A DNA stretch of 64,000 nucleotides from an uncultured Chloroflexia bacterium (GCA_963827475.1 CAWHAZ010000005.1:992001-1056000); one strand, 5' to 3'; shown: positions 1 to 10,943, numbered from the stretch's first letter. Translations and numbers: made by a program. Notes: generated by a model not told the origin, from the letters alone.

Positions 1-2317
1 GCTCATCCCGTAGGCCACCCCGAAGTTCACCATCTTGGCCATCGACCGCTGCTCGGAGGTCACCTGCTCGGGCGGGATGCCGAGCACCCGGGCCGCAGTC
101 GAACGGTGGATGTCCTCCCCCGCCGCGAACGCGGCCTTCAGCCCGGCGTCGCCCGACACGTGGGCCAGGATCCGCAGCTCGACCTGCGAGTAATCCGCCG
201 CCAACAGGAGCTTTCCCGGCGGCGGCGACGAAGACGCTGCGGATGCGCCGGCCGAGGGCGGTTCGGATCGGGATGTTCTGGAGGTTGGGGTCGGTGCTCG
301 ACAGCCGACCGGTGGCGGCCACCGCCTGGGAGTAGGTGGTGTGCAGCCGGCCGTCGGCACCCACCAGGCCCGGCAGCGCATCGGCGTAGGTCGACTTCAG
401 CTTCGCGAGCTGGCGGTGCTCGAGGATCATGGCCACCACCGGGTGCTGCGCCTTCAGCTCCTCGAGGACGGAGGCATCGGTCGATCGGGCGGTCTTCGTG
501 CGCTTCGTCGATGGCAGGCTCAGCTCGTCGAACAGGATCTGCTCCAGCTGGCGCGGCGAACCGATGTTGAACTCGTGCCCGACCGATTCGAAGATCCGCG
601 TCTCGAGCCCGGCGAGCTGCTCCGCGAACTGCTCGGACATGGCCCGCAGCGCGTCGCGGTCGATGAGCACGCCGGCCACCTCCATCCGGGCCAGGACCGG
701 AAGCAGCGGCATCTCGATCTCACGGAACAGTCCTCCCAGACCGATCTCGTCGAGCTCGGCCAAGAGCGCCGGAGCAGCCAGCAAAGCCGTGAGCGCCTCG
801 GCGGCGGCCCGCCGAGCGACCGGAAGCTCCTCCGTCCCCGACTCCGGGGTCACGGCTCGATCGGGCAGGGTCGCCTCGAAGCGGTTCGCGGCAAGGTCGT
901 CGATCGACTGGGCCCGCAGCGCTGGATTGAGGAGGTAGCTGGCGACCAGCGTGTCGCGGTTCTCCCCCGCCACCTCGTGCCCGCGCTGCAGCAGCTTGGT
1001 ATGCAGCGGCTTCAGGTCGTGACCGATGAGCGGGCGGTCGTCGCGGGTGAACCAGCGCGGCAGTGGGTCATCGCCACCGGCTCGCAGGTACCAGGTCGTG
1101 CCGTCCGTCCCGGCCAGGGCGATGCCGAGCAGCGGGCGCTCGACGAGTCTGCCGCTCCCTGCGGCCCAGCCGATGCCGACGTCGTCACCGTGCGCCGCCA
1201 GCCAGGCCTCCACCTCGAGCCGGTCCGCGTCGTCGACGACGACCCTCGGGTCGACGTGCTCGATCGCCCCCTTCGCGTCCGATCGCGGGTCCGGGAGGCC
1301 GGCCGCGCTCCGTCGCCGCTCGTGCACGACCGGCGTCTCACCGGTCTTCACCACCTGTGCCGGTGGCCGCGCTCCCCCAAGGAGGTCGAGGGACAGCTGC
1401 ATGCCGCCGTGGTCGTCGCCCTCGTCGGGCATCGACGACCCGCCGATGGTCGGCGGCAGGCGATCGATGAGCGATCGGAACTCCAGCTCGCGGAACCGCT
1501 GGGCCAGGGCCCGCCGGTCGTAGCGACCCGTCCGAGCCGCCTCAAGGTCGAGCGTCAGAGGCAGGTCGGTCACGATCCGGCCCACCTCCCGCGAGGTGAA
1601 CGCGTCGTCCCGGTGCTCCGCCAGCCGCTCGCGGAGCTTGCCCTTCACCTCGTCCAGGCGCTCGTAGATGGCGTCGAGCGTCCCGAACTCCTGGAGCAGG
1701 GCAATCGCGGTCTTCTCGCCCACGCCCGGCACGCCGGGGAGGTTGTCCGAGGTGTCCCCCTTGAGCGCCTTGTAGTCGAGCATCTGGTCCGGCCGCAGCC
1801 CGTAGCGCTCCGTCACCCGGTCCGGGTCGTACACCACCGTGGAGGCGACGCCCATCCGGGTCGTGAGCAGGCGCACGTGGTCGTTCACCAGCTGCAGCCC
1901 GTCGAGGTCCCCCGACACCATGACCGTGTCGACGCCCGCGGCCGTCGCGTGCTGGACGAGGGTGCCGATGACGTCGTCCGCCTCGTAGCCCTCGGCCTCG
2001 ACGATCGGCATGCCCATCCCGGTCACCACCTCGCGCACGATCGGGAACTGGCTGCGCAGGTCGTCCGGCATCGACGGCCGGCCGGCCTTGTAGTCGGGAT
2101 AGGCGACGAACCGGAAGTTCGGCCGACCGAGATCGAAGGTGACGATCGCGTAATCGGGCTTCAGGTCCGCCATGCCGCGGAGCACGATCTGGAGGAATCC
2201 GAAGGCAGCGTTGACCAGCGTTCCGTCCGAGGTCGTCAGTGGCGGAAGGGCGAAATAGCCGCGATAGACGAGGCTCGGACCGTCGATGAGCATCAGGATC
2301 GGACGACGATCCGGCAT
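1..2317 (-). CDS. polA: DNA polymerase I (3' end runs off window; apparent frameshift near 225)
   Basis: Hand translation from ATG 2317: [32 protein letters not shown] (5'-3' exonuclease N-terminus); near window start [27 protein letters not shown] and [13 protein letters not shown] (family A polymerase motifs). Absent from the ORF track because it has no stop in the window. Confidence 0.97.
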   Translation of the reverse strand, partial: MPDRRPILMLIDGPSLVYRGYFALPPLTTSDGTLVNAAFGFLQIVLRGMADLKPDYAIVTFDLGRPNFRFVAYPDYKAGRPSMPDDLRSQFPIVREVVTGMGMPIVEAEGYEADDVIGTLVQHATAAGVDTVMVSGDLDGLQLVNDHVRLLTTRMGVASTVVYDPDRVTERYGLRPDQMLDYKALKGDTSDNLPGVPGVGEKTAIALLQEFGTLDAIYERLDEVKGKLRERLAEHRDDAFTSREVGRIVTDLPLTLDLEAARTGRYDRRALAQRFRELEFRSLIDRLPPTIGGSSMPDEGDDHGGMQLSLDLLGGARPPAQVVKTGETPVVHERRRSAAGLPDPRSDAKGAIEHVDPRVVVDDADRLEVEAWLAAHGDDVGIGWAAGSGRLVERPLLGIALAGTDGTTWYLRAGGDDPLPRWFTRDDRPLIGHDLKPLHTKLLQRGHEVAGENRDTLVASYLLNPALRAQSIDDLAANRFEATLPDRAVTPESGTEELPVARRAAAEALTALLAAPALLAELDEIGLGGLFREIEMPLLPVLARMEVAGVLIDRDALRAMSEQFAEQLAGLETRIFESVGHEFNIGSPRQLEQILFDELSLPSTKRTKTARSTDASVLEELKAQHPVVAMILEHRQLAKLKSTYADALPGLVGADGRLHTTYSQAVAATGRLSSTDPNLQNIPIRTALGRRIRSVFVAAAGKAPVGGGLLAGRAADPGPRVGRRRAEGRVRGGGGHPPFDCGPGARHPARAGDLRAAVDGQDGELRGGLRDE

Positions 2318-2389
2318 GGGGGGAGTCTAGACCGCAGCGACCGGTGAGCGGCCCCGGAGCGGCCGGGAAGCGGCCGCTAGAATCCGTGG

Positions 2390-2890
2390 ATGCCCAGCGG
2401 AACGGTGCGCGACCCCTACGCGGTGCTCGGCGTCTCCCGCGAGGCCACGACGAAGCAGGTTGCTGCCGCCCACCGGCGGCTCGCCAAGTCGCACCACCCC
2501 GACCTCCACGCAGGTGGCCCCGAGGCCGCCGCGCGCATGCGCGAGATCAACGAGGCGTGGGAGGTGCTTTCGTCGGCGCAGCGGCGAGCGGCGTGGGACC
2601 TCGAGCACCCGTGGAGCGGCACGGCGGCCACCAGCCACTGGCGTGGAGGCCGTCAGCCGATCGAGACCGGATCCTCGGTGAGCGCCCAGGTTTCGACCCC
2701 GTGGCGTACCGCGTCCGGCGACCCGCGCAGCGCGCGTCGCGGTCGGTTGCGGGTGAGCCCGCGGCCCCCGCGGGTCGAGGCGGCGCCGAAGACCTTCCTG
2801 GAAACGGGCTGGGCGGCCGTGATCGTCGGCGTGGTGGCGGTGGCTATCCTGACCGCGGCGATTGTGGCCGGGCGGCTGATCGGCGCCTAG
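2390..2890 (+). CDS. J-domain (DnaJ-like) protein with C-terminal membrane helix
   Basis: DPYAVLGV...HHPDL...MREINEAWEVLS J-domain with HPD motif; hydrophobic C-terminus; TAGAAT 6 nt before ATG. Confidence 0.88.
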   Translation: MPSGTVRDPYAVLGVSREATTKQVAAAHRRLAKSHHPDLHAGGPEAAARMREINEAWEVLSSAQRRAAWDLEHPWSGTAATSHWRGGRQPIETGSSVSAQVSTPWRTASGDPRSARRGRLRVSPRPPRVEAAPKTFLETGWAAVIVGVVAVAILTAAIVAGRLIGA

Positions 2891-3573
2891 CGGGTCACCC
2901 GCTTCGGAGCGGCAGCCCGGAGCACGAACGCGAGAACCAACAGACCGAGGCCGACCGCTCCCAGCACGAGCCAGACGGTCGTTCCGGCGGTCTCCATCTC
3001 CAGGTCATTGCCGCTCGTGGTCGGCTCTCCTTCGCTCCCCTGGTCATCCTCGCCGGCCGCTTCCTGCCCCGCCGGCGTGGGGCCCATCGCCCCCACCCCG
3101 CTGTCAGTGACTCGGTCAGTTGGCGACTCCGCGACCAGCGGTGACGCTCCGCCGTCGTCGGTGGTGATCTCCGGCTCCTCTCCGCCGTCGAGGCGTTGCA
3201 CGACGGGCGCGAGGTTGAACAGTCGCTGGGCATCGGCCGGCCCGAGCGCGCCGGTGGCCCCCACCCCTCCCACGAGTAGGAGGACCATGCCGGCCACTGC
3301 CAGTGGGGCGAACGCCCGGCGGAAGGTGACCCGCCACCCCGATGAGGTGGGAGCGGCAACGGGTGGCACATACTGCAGCGGCCGAGACGGGGTCAGGTCG
3401 GGCAGTTGCGCCAGCGCCATGCGCATGGCACCCAACTCGCGGACCTGGCGGTCGCACGTGGCGCAGCTCGCGACGTGCTCCGTCAAACCACGGTCGGCCC
3501 GGGCATCGGCATCGTCGCCGCCCAGGGCCGCCAGGCGCTCCGGATCGGGATGGGCAGCGTGCATCATGGTCAT
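2887..3573 (-). CDS. Zinc-binding anti-sigma factor (ZAS-type), membrane-anchored
   Basis: HVASCATC (Hx3Cx2C) motif, two hydrophobic segments, directly downstream of the ECF sigma gene. Confidence 0.82.
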   Translation of the reverse strand: MTMMHAAHPDPERLAALGGDDADARADRGLTEHVASCATCDRQVRELGAMRMALAQLPDLTPSRPLQYVPPVAAPTSSGWRVTFRRAFAPLAVAGMVLLLVGGVGATGALGPADAQRLFNLAPVVQRLDGGEEPEITTDDGGASPLVAESPTDRVTDSGVGAMGPTPAGQEAAGEDDQGSEGEPTTSGNDLEMETAGTTVWLVLGAVGLGLLVLAFVLRAAAPKRVTR

Positions 3574-3586
3574 CGGTCAGACGCCC

Positions 3587-4198
3587 TCAGCCTTCGAACA
3601 GTTCCCGCTGGTCGGCCAGCAGCTCGCGCAGGCGGAGCCGTCCGCGGTGGATCCGCGATTTCACCGTGCCGACGGGCGACTGAATGACCACCGACACCTC
3701 GTGGTAGTCCATGCCGTACACGTCGCACAGGATGACGGCCGTGCGCTGGTCCTCCGGCAGGAGCCGGAGGGCGGCATCCAGCGCGCGATACAGCTCCGAT
3801 CGCGCGGCCTCCGCGACGGGGTTCACGCCGAACGGGTCGGGAATGTCGGCCTCGCCCTCCTCGGGCTCCGGCAGCGGGCTGGTCGGCCGGCGCTGGGAGC
3901 GGCGGAGGATGTCGTAGGCCGCGTTGGCGGTGATCCGCATCAGCCACGATCGAAAGACGCCGCCCCGAAACGACGCGAGGTGGTCGTAGGCATGAATGAA
4001 GGCGTCCTGGGTGGCGTCAGCCGCGAGGTCCCGGTCCCCCAGGAGGCGCCAGGCGAGGCCGTAGCAGGCCCCCTGGTAGTGCTCCATCAGGCGGGCGAAG
4101 GCGGACCGATCCCCGGCCACGGCGGCGGCCACGACCGCGGGCTCGTCGGCCAACGGGCTGGTCCGCGTGACCGGGCGGCTCGGGTCGGGGTCCGACAT
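3587..4198 (-). CDS. ECF RNA polymerase sigma-70 factor
   Basis: Region 2 AADATQDAF...FRSWLMRITAN; region 4 LPEDQR...GTVKSRIHRGR. Confidence 0.95.
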   Translation of the reverse strand: MSDPDPSRPVTRTSPLADEPAVVAAAVAGDRSAFARLMEHYQGACYGLAWRLLGDRDLAADATQDAFIHAYDHLASFRGGVFRSWLMRITANAAYDILRRSQRRPTSPLPEPEEGEADIPDPFGVNPVAEAARSELYRALDAALRLLPEDQRTAVILCDVYGMDYHEVSVVIQSPVGTVKSRIHRGRLRLRELLADQRELFEG

Positions 4199-4206
4199 CG
4201 GCTTTC

Positions 4207-4212
4207 TATAAT
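4207..4212 (+). promoter_or_regulatory. Consensus -10 box of the tRNA-Leu promoter
   Basis: Perfect TATAAT 13 nt upstream of the mature tRNA 5' end in otherwise GC-rich DNA. Confidence 0.75.
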
Positions 4213-4225
4213 CACACCCCGCATG

Positions 4226-4312
4226 GCCGGAGTGGCGGAACTGGCAGACGCGTCGGTCTCAAACACCGATGTCCGCAAGGACGTGTGAGTTCAAATCTCA
4301 CCTCCGGCACCA
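4226..4312 (+). tRNA. trnL: tRNA-Leu (anticodon CAA), CCA encoded
   Basis: Acceptor GCCGGAG/CTCCGGC + A + CCA; anticodon arm TCGGT-CTCAAAC-ACCGA; long variable arm GTCC-GCAA-GGAC; T arm GTGAG-TTCAAAT-CTCAC. Confidence 0.97.
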
Positions 4313-4332
4313 TCCAATCTCAGGAGATCACG

Positions 4333-4896
4333 ATGCGCGTCTCGGTCAGCCCGGAGGAGATCAAGTCCGCGTTCGAAGCCGTGAAGGACGATCCCTCGTT
4401 CGACGAGAGCCGCGGCCTCTGGGAGCGGGGCCGGCCGCCGGTCGAAATGATCCAGGCCATGTGCCTGCGGCCCGAGATCCTGCGCGCGTTCGCGGGGTTC
4501 GGGAACGCCGTCTACCCCGGCGGCATCCTCGAGCGGCGCGTGAAGGAGCTCGTGATCATCACCGCCTCGCAGGCGAACGAATGCCAGTTCTGCACGCTCT
4601 CGCACGTCGACCTCGTCGGCATCGCGGACATCATCACGGAGCCGCTGATCGCCATCGAGCAGACCGATTCCCTGGCTCCCCGGGAACGCATCGCCGTCGA
4701 ATACACGCGCGCCGCGATGGCGGATTCGAATGCCGTTCCGGAACCGCTGGCCGAGCAGCTGCAGGAGCATTTCACCGATCCGGAGATCGTCGAGCTCTCG
4801 TTCCTGATCGGCTATATCAACATGCTGAACCTGTTCAACAACCTGCTGGAGGTGCGGTACCACGGCGACTACGCGATCCTGGCCGCCTCCACCTGA
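4333..4896 (+). CDS. Carboxymuconolactone decarboxylase / AhpD-like peroxidase family protein
   Basis: KELVIITASQANECQFCTLSH (CxxC..H) AhpD-like core; SD AGGAG at 4322-4326 sets the start at ATG 4333 rather than inside the tRNA. Confidence 0.88.
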   Translation: MRVSVSPEEIKSAFEAVKDDPSFDESRGLWERGRPPVEMIQAMCLRPEILRAFAGFGNAVYPGGILERRVKELVIITASQANECQFCTLSHVDLVGIADIITEPLIAIEQTDSLAPRERIAVEYTRAAMADSNAVPEPLAEQLQEHFTDPEIVELSFLIGYINMLNLFNNLLEVRYHGDYAILAAST

Positions 4897-4905
4897 CCCG
4901 CACGG

Positions 4906-5505
4906 GTGAGCGCACCGGAGTGGGCATCCGAGCTGGCGGCCCGGGTCTGCGCCGACGCCGGCGTGGCGCCTCCGCATCTCTCGTGGCGTCGTCGGACCGG
5001 TGAGCATTCGAGCGGGCTCACCCGGCGCGACCGAGGGACGATCGCCGTGCGGGCCGGGACCGACCCGGTCGACCAACGACTGACGCTCCTGCACGAGCTG
5101 GCCCACTGGACCTCACCGCCGCCGCGGCGCTCGCGCCGCGGCCGCGCCGAGCATCACGGGCGTGACTTCTACGTCGTGGCATTCGACCTCTATCGCCGTC
5201 ACGGCATCACGGACGCCGATGCCATACGGCTCGAGTCAGGCCGCTACCGGAGCGCCCTCCGCCATGGCGCCGCCCTCGGCGTTCCGGGCGCCGCGGAGGC
5301 CCTCGGCGCCCACACGGCCAGGCTGCGCGCCCGGCCACGCCGGCGCTGGACCGTGCTCGTGGCCGAGCACGCGGTGCGCCTGCGTCGACAGGGACGGTGG
5401 CACGTGTGCGAGACCTGCGGTCAGCGCGTGGTCGGGATCACGCTCGCCCGCGTACGCCGCGGCCGACGACCCGTGCGACACGTCCTCCTCGCGCCGTCGA
5501 CCTAG
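4906..5505 (+). CDS. Putative minimal zinc metallopeptidase (HExxH) with C-terminal CxxC
   Basis: TLLHELAHW followed by HHGRDF, a pattern typical of SprT/Rv0185-like zincins; CETC near C-terminus. Confidence 0.65.
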   Translation: MSAPEWASELAARVCADAGVAPPHLSWRRRTGEHSSGLTRRDRGTIAVRAGTDPVDQRLTLLHELAHWTSPPPRRSRRGRAEHHGRDFYVVAFDLYRRHGITDADAIRLESGRYRSALRHGAALGVPGAAEALGAHTARLRARPRRRWTVLVAEHAVRLRRQGRWHVCETCGQRVVGITLARVRRGRRPVRHVLLAPST

Positions 5506-5512
5506 CGCGTCC

Positions 5513-6425
5513 TCAGCCGGCGGCGACCGCGGGCACGCCGAGGCGCTCGCGCGCCAGGGCAGCGGCTTCTCCCAGCCGTGCCACCGCGGTGGGCGTGCGC
5601 GGGAACAGGTGCACGATCAGGTGGGAGATGTCCAGCTCGGCATAGCCAGTCAGGGCGTCCGCAATCTCCGACGTCGTGCCGCGGATGGCCCGTTCTGGCG
5701 CGTCGTCATCGGCGTCCTCGTACGCGACGAAGATGCCCGCGGTCAGCGCCAACGTCGCCGGGTCCCGACCGGCCGCCTCCAGCGCGCCACGGACGTTGGC
5801 CAGACGGGTGCGGAGCTCGTCGGCCTGGTCCGGGAACCCGTACCAGGCGCCGTTCCATTGGGCGGCATGCTCCGCGACGAGTCGGAGCATGCGCGGCTGC
5901 TTGCCGGCGATGAGGATCGGCGGACCGCCGTCGCGCACGGGGCGCGGGAGGAGCTCCACGTTCTCGACGCGGTGCCAGCGACCCTCGAACGTGACGGACT
6001 CCCCTCGCAGGAGCCGAGCGATGATCTTCACGCCCTCCTCGAAGCGACCGACACGGTGATCGAACGGGTAGCCGAACGCGTCGAACTCGGGCTCGTGCCA
6101 GCCGCACCCCAGGCCGAGGATGAGCCGGCCACCACTGACCTCGTCCAGCTCCGCAGCCATCTTCGCCGTGAGCGCCGGGCTGCGGAACGGCAGCGCGAGC
6201 ACCAGCGGACCGATCTCGACCCGCGAGGTCACCGCAGCGACGGCGGTCAGCACGGTCCAGCATTCGTGGATCCCCACCGTCTCGTTTTCATCACGGAAGA
6301 TGAGGTGGTCGGCTCCCCAGACCGAGTCGAGACCGGACACTTCCGCCTCCAATCGCGAGCGCGCGGAGGTCCTCGAATCCGCCGGTCTCGTCGGCAGCGA
6401 GTGGGAGCATGAGCCCGATCTTCAT
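5513..6425 (-). CDS. LLM-class flavin-dependent oxidoreductase (frameshift near 6353)
   Basis: MKIGLMLP from ATG 6425 joins GLDSVWGADH...AELDEVSGGRLILGLGCGW...PPILIAG after a one-base shift. Confidence 0.9.
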
Positions 6426-6436
6426 CGGCCCATGCT

Positions 6437-6459
6437 AATTCGCGTCCCACCCGCGAATT
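6437..6459. promoter_or_regulatory. Candidate operator, perfect 8-7-8 inverted repeat
   Basis: AATTCGCG-TCCCACC-CGCGAATT abutting the TAGCAT -10 box of the LLM gene. Confidence 0.45.
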
Positions 6460-6552
6460 GGCGTTGCCGGGAGGCATCACTTCTTGGCCCGAGGACCTTC
6501 CCCTGCACGGAGCGCAGCGCTAGGCTCCGAGCGTCGCCCCGGGAGGAGAACC

Positions 6553-6630
6553 ATGTGCCCGCCCCGTCTCTTTGACTCGCGTCCGTCGAGTCGACCGTCC
6601 ATGACCCCGACAGCTGTGGCCGCGCCATGA
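6553..6630 (+). CDS. Small ORF (25 aa) coupled to the downstream membrane protein
   Basis: SD GGGAGGAG at 6541-6548, MCPPRLFDSRPSSRPSMTPTAVAAP*, stop overlaps next start (ATGA). Could be a frameshifted N-terminus of the next gene. Confidence 0.4.
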   Translation: MCPPRLFDSRPSSRPSMTPTAVAAP

Positions 6631-7007
6631 CCAGGCACGACCTCGTCGGCATCTCCAGCATCGTCGTCGCTGCCGGCTACGGCATGTTTGCGCTGTTCCT
6701 GCTCCGATTCGAAGCGCCGCTGGGCCCGGTGCTCCTCGAGTACGTCCTTCCGGCGACCGTGGCGCTCGGCGCCGGAATCGCCACCGCGAAGGGGCATTAC
6801 TGGGGACCGATCCTCATCGCCCTCCTGGCCGCCACGCTCGCGATCTGGCTGGTCGCCCCGCTGGCGCCGTTCTTCACCGCCGCTCTGCTGGCAGTGACCG
6901 CGTTGGCGGTGCTGGACGCCCTTCTGCTGTGGCGGAGCCGTCCGAAGAGTGCGCCGACGCGGGCGCCGGAGCTCCGACCGGCCCGGGAGCCGGTGGAACC
7001 CGCCTGA
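6627..7007 (+). CDS. Small integral membrane protein, unknown function
   Basis: Four hydrophobic segments, GC3-rich codon usage. Confidence 0.7.
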   Translation: MTRHDLVGISSIVVAAGYGMFALFLLRFEAPLGPVLLEYVLPATVALGAGIATAKGHYWGPILIALLAATLAIWLVAPLAPFFTAALLAVTALAVLDALLLWRSRPKSAPTRAPELRPAREPVEPA

Positions 7008-7104
7008 CGTCCCGGCCAGGCCCGGCAGCCCCGGCCGGAGGTACTCGGCGCCGACGAAGATCAGGCTAGGTTGCGCGGCTGGTGGGCCGCAGTAGCGTGG
7101 CGCA

Positions 7105-7590
7105 ATGCGCACCTCGATGGCGCCCGTTGCGGACGCCGCCGAAGCGCAGGACCTGCAGCCAATTCGTCTCTACCTGGCCGAAATGGTCCTGGTCGCATCG
7201 GTCAGTCCCGGCGAAGAGCGGATGACGGACATCCTGAACCACGGCGGTGAGCTGCGCGTCCTGCCGGCAGGGGCACAACCGTGGGATCCGGACAGCTGGC
7301 TCTACGTGCGGATCGACGAGGCACAGCTGATCGTCCCGCCGAGGCACGTCAGCCCGCAACACAAGCGCCAGGAGCGCTACCGGCACCCGGTCCACCTGCG
7401 AGTCGGCGAGTGGGACGTTCAGGGCACCGCCCACCTCAAGCCGGGAGCCGAGCAGGATCCGGTCCTCCTCTCGACCCACCCCTTCCTGCCGCTGACCGAT
7501 GTGACCATGGCGTCCACCGATCACCCGTGGCCGGAGACGTACGAGGTCGTCATCGTCAACCTGCGACACGCGGAGTTCGTCGACGACTGA
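7105..7590 (+). CDS. Conserved hypothetical protein (DUF6812-like)
   Basis: RMTDILN and FLPLTDV...VIVN pattern recalled from this family; TAGCGT 6 nt before ATG. Confidence 0.6.
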   Translation: MRTSMAPVADAAEAQDLQPIRLYLAEMVLVASVSPGEERMTDILNHGGELRVLPAGAQPWDPDSWLYVRIDEAQLIVPPRHVSPQHKRQERYRHPVHLRVGEWDVQGTAHLKPGAEQDPVLLSTHPFLPLTDVTMASTDHPWPETYEVVIVNLRHAEFVDD

Positions 7591-7599
7591 CCTTCCCAC

Positions 7600-7640
7600 G
7601 CGGCGGAGGATAAAGGGACCTCAACCGATCCTTCGCCGTG
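7600..7640. terminator. Stem-loop after the 7105-7590 gene
   Basis: GCGGCGGAGGAT pairs with ATCCTTCGCCGT; no U tract, so role uncertain. Confidence 0.35.
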
Positions 7641-7728
7641 CGCCTGTTGCGCTGGCGCCGTTGCCTCGATAGCCTTACCCGCCGAAATTCAATTCTCGTC
7701 GCTGCTGCCCGTCCATCGAGGAGATTCC

Positions 7729-8889
7729 GTGATCACCCGTACCTCTCTGCACCGCGGCGCCGCTGTGCCGGCCGCGACCCTTCTGCTTCTGCTTGCCCTC
7801 GCGCCGGCCATGGCCGGCGGGGGGCTCGTGCTGAGCACCCCGTTCCCGGCCGTGTCGGTCGCCCCCGGCACCGACGTTCGATTCGACATCTCCGTCAGCG
7901 CCGCGGCCAACACCCGCGTCGCGCTCGGCGTGTCCGGCACGCCGGACGGCTGGACCTCGACCCTGCGCGGCGGCGGGTTCGTCGTCGACGCGGTCCAGAC
8001 CGATTCGGCGGGCGCAGCCACGGTCGAGCTCACGGTGGCCGTGCCGGCCGACGCGACGGCCGGAACCTCCCAGATCACCATCACCGGGTCTGGCGGTGGC
8101 TCGGCGAGTCTCCCGCTCGACATCCGGGTCAGTGACGAGGCCGCCGGCGCGGTGACCATGGACACCGACTTCCCGTCGCTGCGCGGCGCGGCCGGCACGA
8201 CGTTCACCTTCAACCTGACCCTCAGCAACGACACCGCCGAGGACCAGACGTTCGCCGTGACGGCCATCGGGCCCGACGGCTGGGGCGTGAACGCGACCCT
8301 GACCGGGCAGGCCCAGGCGGCCAGTGCCGTGGTCGAGGCGGGCGGCACGTCCGGGATCACGGTCAGCGCCGTCTCGCCCGAGACGGTCGAGGCCGGCACC
8401 TATCCCATCCAGGTGCGGGCCACCGTCGGCGATCAGACGATCGACGGCGAGCTGAGCGTCGAGATCACCGGCACGAACCTGCTGACCCTGACCACGCCCG
8501 ATGGCTCGCTGAGCAACCGCGGGTCATCTGGCGGGACGATCACCCAGCAGCTGGTCCTCGTGAACGATGGGACGGCCGACCTGACCGACGTCCAGATCAC
8601 GGCCACGACGCCCCGGGACTGGACGGTGACCTACGACCCCGCCGACACGCTGGCCACCCTGGCCGCCGGGGAGTCGGCCACGGTCACCGCCTCGATCGTG
8701 CCCTCCAACGACGCGGTCGCCGGCGACTACGTCGTGACCTTCTCGGCCGCCGGCGGGGACGTTTCGGACGAGATCGAGATCCGGGTCACGATCGAGACCT
8801 CGCCGCTGTGGGGCTTCGTCGGCATCGGTCTGATCGTGGCCGTCCTGGCCGGCCTGTGGTGGGTCTTCCGGACCTACGGCCGGCGGTGA
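7729..8889 (+). CDS. Exported NEW3/Ig-like repeat protein with C-terminal membrane anchor
   Basis: Signal peptide, three beta-rich repeats ending P...AGxY, C-terminal helix ending FRTYGRR; SD GAGGAG. Confidence 0.85.
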   Translation: MITRTSLHRGAAVPAATLLLLLALAPAMAGGGLVLSTPFPAVSVAPGTDVRFDISVSAAANTRVALGVSGTPDGWTSTLRGGGFVVDAVQTDSAGAATVELTVAVPADATAGTSQITITGSGGGSASLPLDIRVSDEAAGAVTMDTDFPSLRGAAGTTFTFNLTLSNDTAEDQTFAVTAIGPDGWGVNATLTGQAQAASAVVEAGGTSGITVSAVSPETVEAGTYPIQVRATVGDQTIDGELSVEITGTNLLTLTTPDGSLSNRGSSGGTITQQLVLVNDGTADLTDVQITATTPRDWTVTYDPADTLATLAAGESATVTASIVPSNDAVAGDYVVTFSAAGGDVSDEIEIRVTIETSPLWGFVGIGLIVAVLAGLWWVFRTYGRR

Positions 8890-9881
8890 CCGAGGCGGAG
8901 GCGCGGCCCGCGCCGATCGTCACCCGCGGGCTGACGAAGCAGTACGGCGACCTGACCGCCGTCGACGGCCTCGACCTCGAGGTCCGTCGGGGTGAGATCT
9001 TCGGCCTGCTGGGCCAGAACGGCGCCGGCAAGACGACCACCATCCTCATGCTGCTCGGCCTGAGCGAGCCGACCGATGGGACCGCCCGGGTCCTGGGCTA
9101 CGACCCGGCCCACGACGCGCTCCAGGTCAAGCGCCGGGTCGGTTACCTGCCGGACAGCGTCGGCTTCTACGACGACCTCACCGGGCGCGAGAACCTGCGC
9201 TACACCGCGCGTCTCAACGGGCTGCGCGGGGAGGACGCGGAGGAGCAGATCCAGCGGGTCACCGAGGCGGTGGAGATGGTCGACCGGATCGACACCCCGA
9301 CCGGGACGTACTCGCGGGGCATGCTCCAGCGGCTCGGAATCGCGGATGCCCTGGTCAAGGACCCCGAGATCCTCATCCTCGACGAGCCGACGACCGCCAT
9401 CGACCCCATCGGCGTGGTCGGCATCCTTGCCCTGCTTCGCAACCTCGTCGACGAGCGGGGCGTGACCATCCTGCTGTCGAGCCACCTCCTGGTCCAGGTC
9501 CAATCGGTCTGTGACCGGGTCGGCATCTTCGCGGCCGGTCGGATGATCGGCCTCGGGACGGTGCCCGAGCTCGCTGCCGAGTTCGGCGCTGATCAGGCCC
9601 GGGTCGAGGTCTCGTTCGAGGGCGCCGACGGGCCGACCTCGGACCGGATCCGAACGACACTGGCAAACATCCCGAACGTGACCTCGGTGGAGGCAGGAGC
9701 CGGTCCCGAGGAGCCATGGGTCCTGGCCGTCGAGCCGGCGACCGCCGACCGCCAGGTACGGGAGGCCGTGCTCGGAACGGCGGCCAGCGACCAGCTGGGG
9801 CTGACCGCGATCCGCTCGGTCAGCGCCTCGCTCGACGAGATCTATCGACGCGCGCTGCACACCTCGGGTCTGGCCGCATGA
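8886..9881 (+). CDS. ABC transporter ATP-binding protein
   Basis: GQNGAGKTT Walker A, YSRGM signature, ILILDEPT Walker B; GTGA overlap with upstream gene. Confidence 0.95.
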   Translation: MTEAEARPAPIVTRGLTKQYGDLTAVDGLDLEVRRGEIFGLLGQNGAGKTTTILMLLGLSEPTDGTARVLGYDPAHDALQVKRRVGYLPDSVGFYDDLTGRENLRYTARLNGLRGEDAEEQIQRVTEAVEMVDRIDTPTGTYSRGMLQRLGIADALVKDPEILILDEPTTAIDPIGVVGILALLRNLVDERGVTILLSSHLLVQVQSVCDRVGIFAAGRMIGLGTVPELAAEFGADQARVEVSFEGADGPTSDRIRTTLANIPNVTSVEAGAGPEEPWVLAVEPATADRQVREAVLGTAASDQLGLTAIRSVSASLDEIYRRALHTSGLAA

Positions 9882-10916
9882 CCACCGCCGAAGCGAGCCC
9901 CCGACGCGACCCCGGCCGCCGAGCCCCAGGTCGCGGCACCGCCAAGCTCCGGCTGGAGGGTGGTCGCGGCGAAGGAGTTCGCGGACCAGCTGCTGAGCCT
10001 CCGCTTCATCGTCCTGTTCGTGATCCTCGGCCTGGCCGCTGCCATCCCCCTGTTCATCGCCGCCGAGCAGATTCGGAGCCTGGCCGAGGACGTGAGCGGG
10101 GCGCAGGCCGTGTTCATCGCCATGTTCATCATCGGTCCACCCGACTTCGCGATCTTCGGGCTCGACTTCACGGTTGCCGCCTTCGTCGGGCTGGCCGCGC
10201 CCCTGCTCGGCATCGCGTTCGCGTTCGATGCGGTCAACGGCGAGCGGGCGCAGGGCACCCTGCCGCGCCTCGTTTCGCAGCCGATCCACCGCGACGCGGT
10301 GATCAACGGCAAGTTCGGCGCCGCGCTGGTGACGATCTCGCTGGTCCTGATCTCGGTCGTGGTGATGATCGGTGGATTCGGGCTGCTGCGGCTGGGCGTG
10401 GTGCCGACCGCGTCGGAGCTGCTTCGCCTGATCGCGTGGGTCGGCCTCACCCTCGTCTACGTCGCCATGTGGCTGGCCTTCGGGATGCTGCTGTCGGTCG
10501 TGTTCCGGCGTGCGGCAACCGCGGCCCTGGTGGGCTTCGGGGTGTGGCTGCTCGTCGCCCTGTTCGGGCGCTTCCTGCTCAACCTCGCCCTGGCCATCGT
10601 CTTCCCGGTCAACACCGCCCTGCCCGCCGCCGAGCAGCTGGCCTCCTACCAGTGGCACGCCCTGCTGAACCGGCTCCTGCCGCCGACCCTCTACACGGAG
10701 GCGTCGACGGTGCTCCTGAACCCGTCCGTGACACAGACCTCCGTGCCCGCCACCCTGGGCGAGCTCGACCAGGCGCAGCAGCAGATCCCCACCCTCCTGT
10801 CCCTGGATCAGAGCCTGCTCCTGGTCTGGCCCCACGTCGTGGCCCTCGTCGCGATCACGGTCATCTGCTTCGCCTACGCCTACATCCGCTTCATGCGGGA
10901 GGAGGTTCGGGCCTAG
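9878..10916 (+). CDS. ABC-2 type permease (frameshift near 9900)
   Basis: [24 protein letters not shown]...GKF motif, multiple TM helices; ATGA overlap at 9878. Confidence 0.9.
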
Positions 10917-10943
10917 CCGAGCACCGTGCTAGGCTCCCCGCCG

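Noticed and set aside
341-2347. 668-aa plus-strand ORF and other long antisense ORFs (13893-15959, 20426-22591, 27614-30085, 42762-45479, 57383-59089, 60226-62076)
   Set aside because: Shadow frames of real genes on the opposite strand or frame; stop codons are rare at this GC content and no motifs are present.
4226-7600. Genomic island integrated at tRNA-Leu
   Set aside because: No integrase, no duplicated tRNA 3' end seen and no clear compositional shift.
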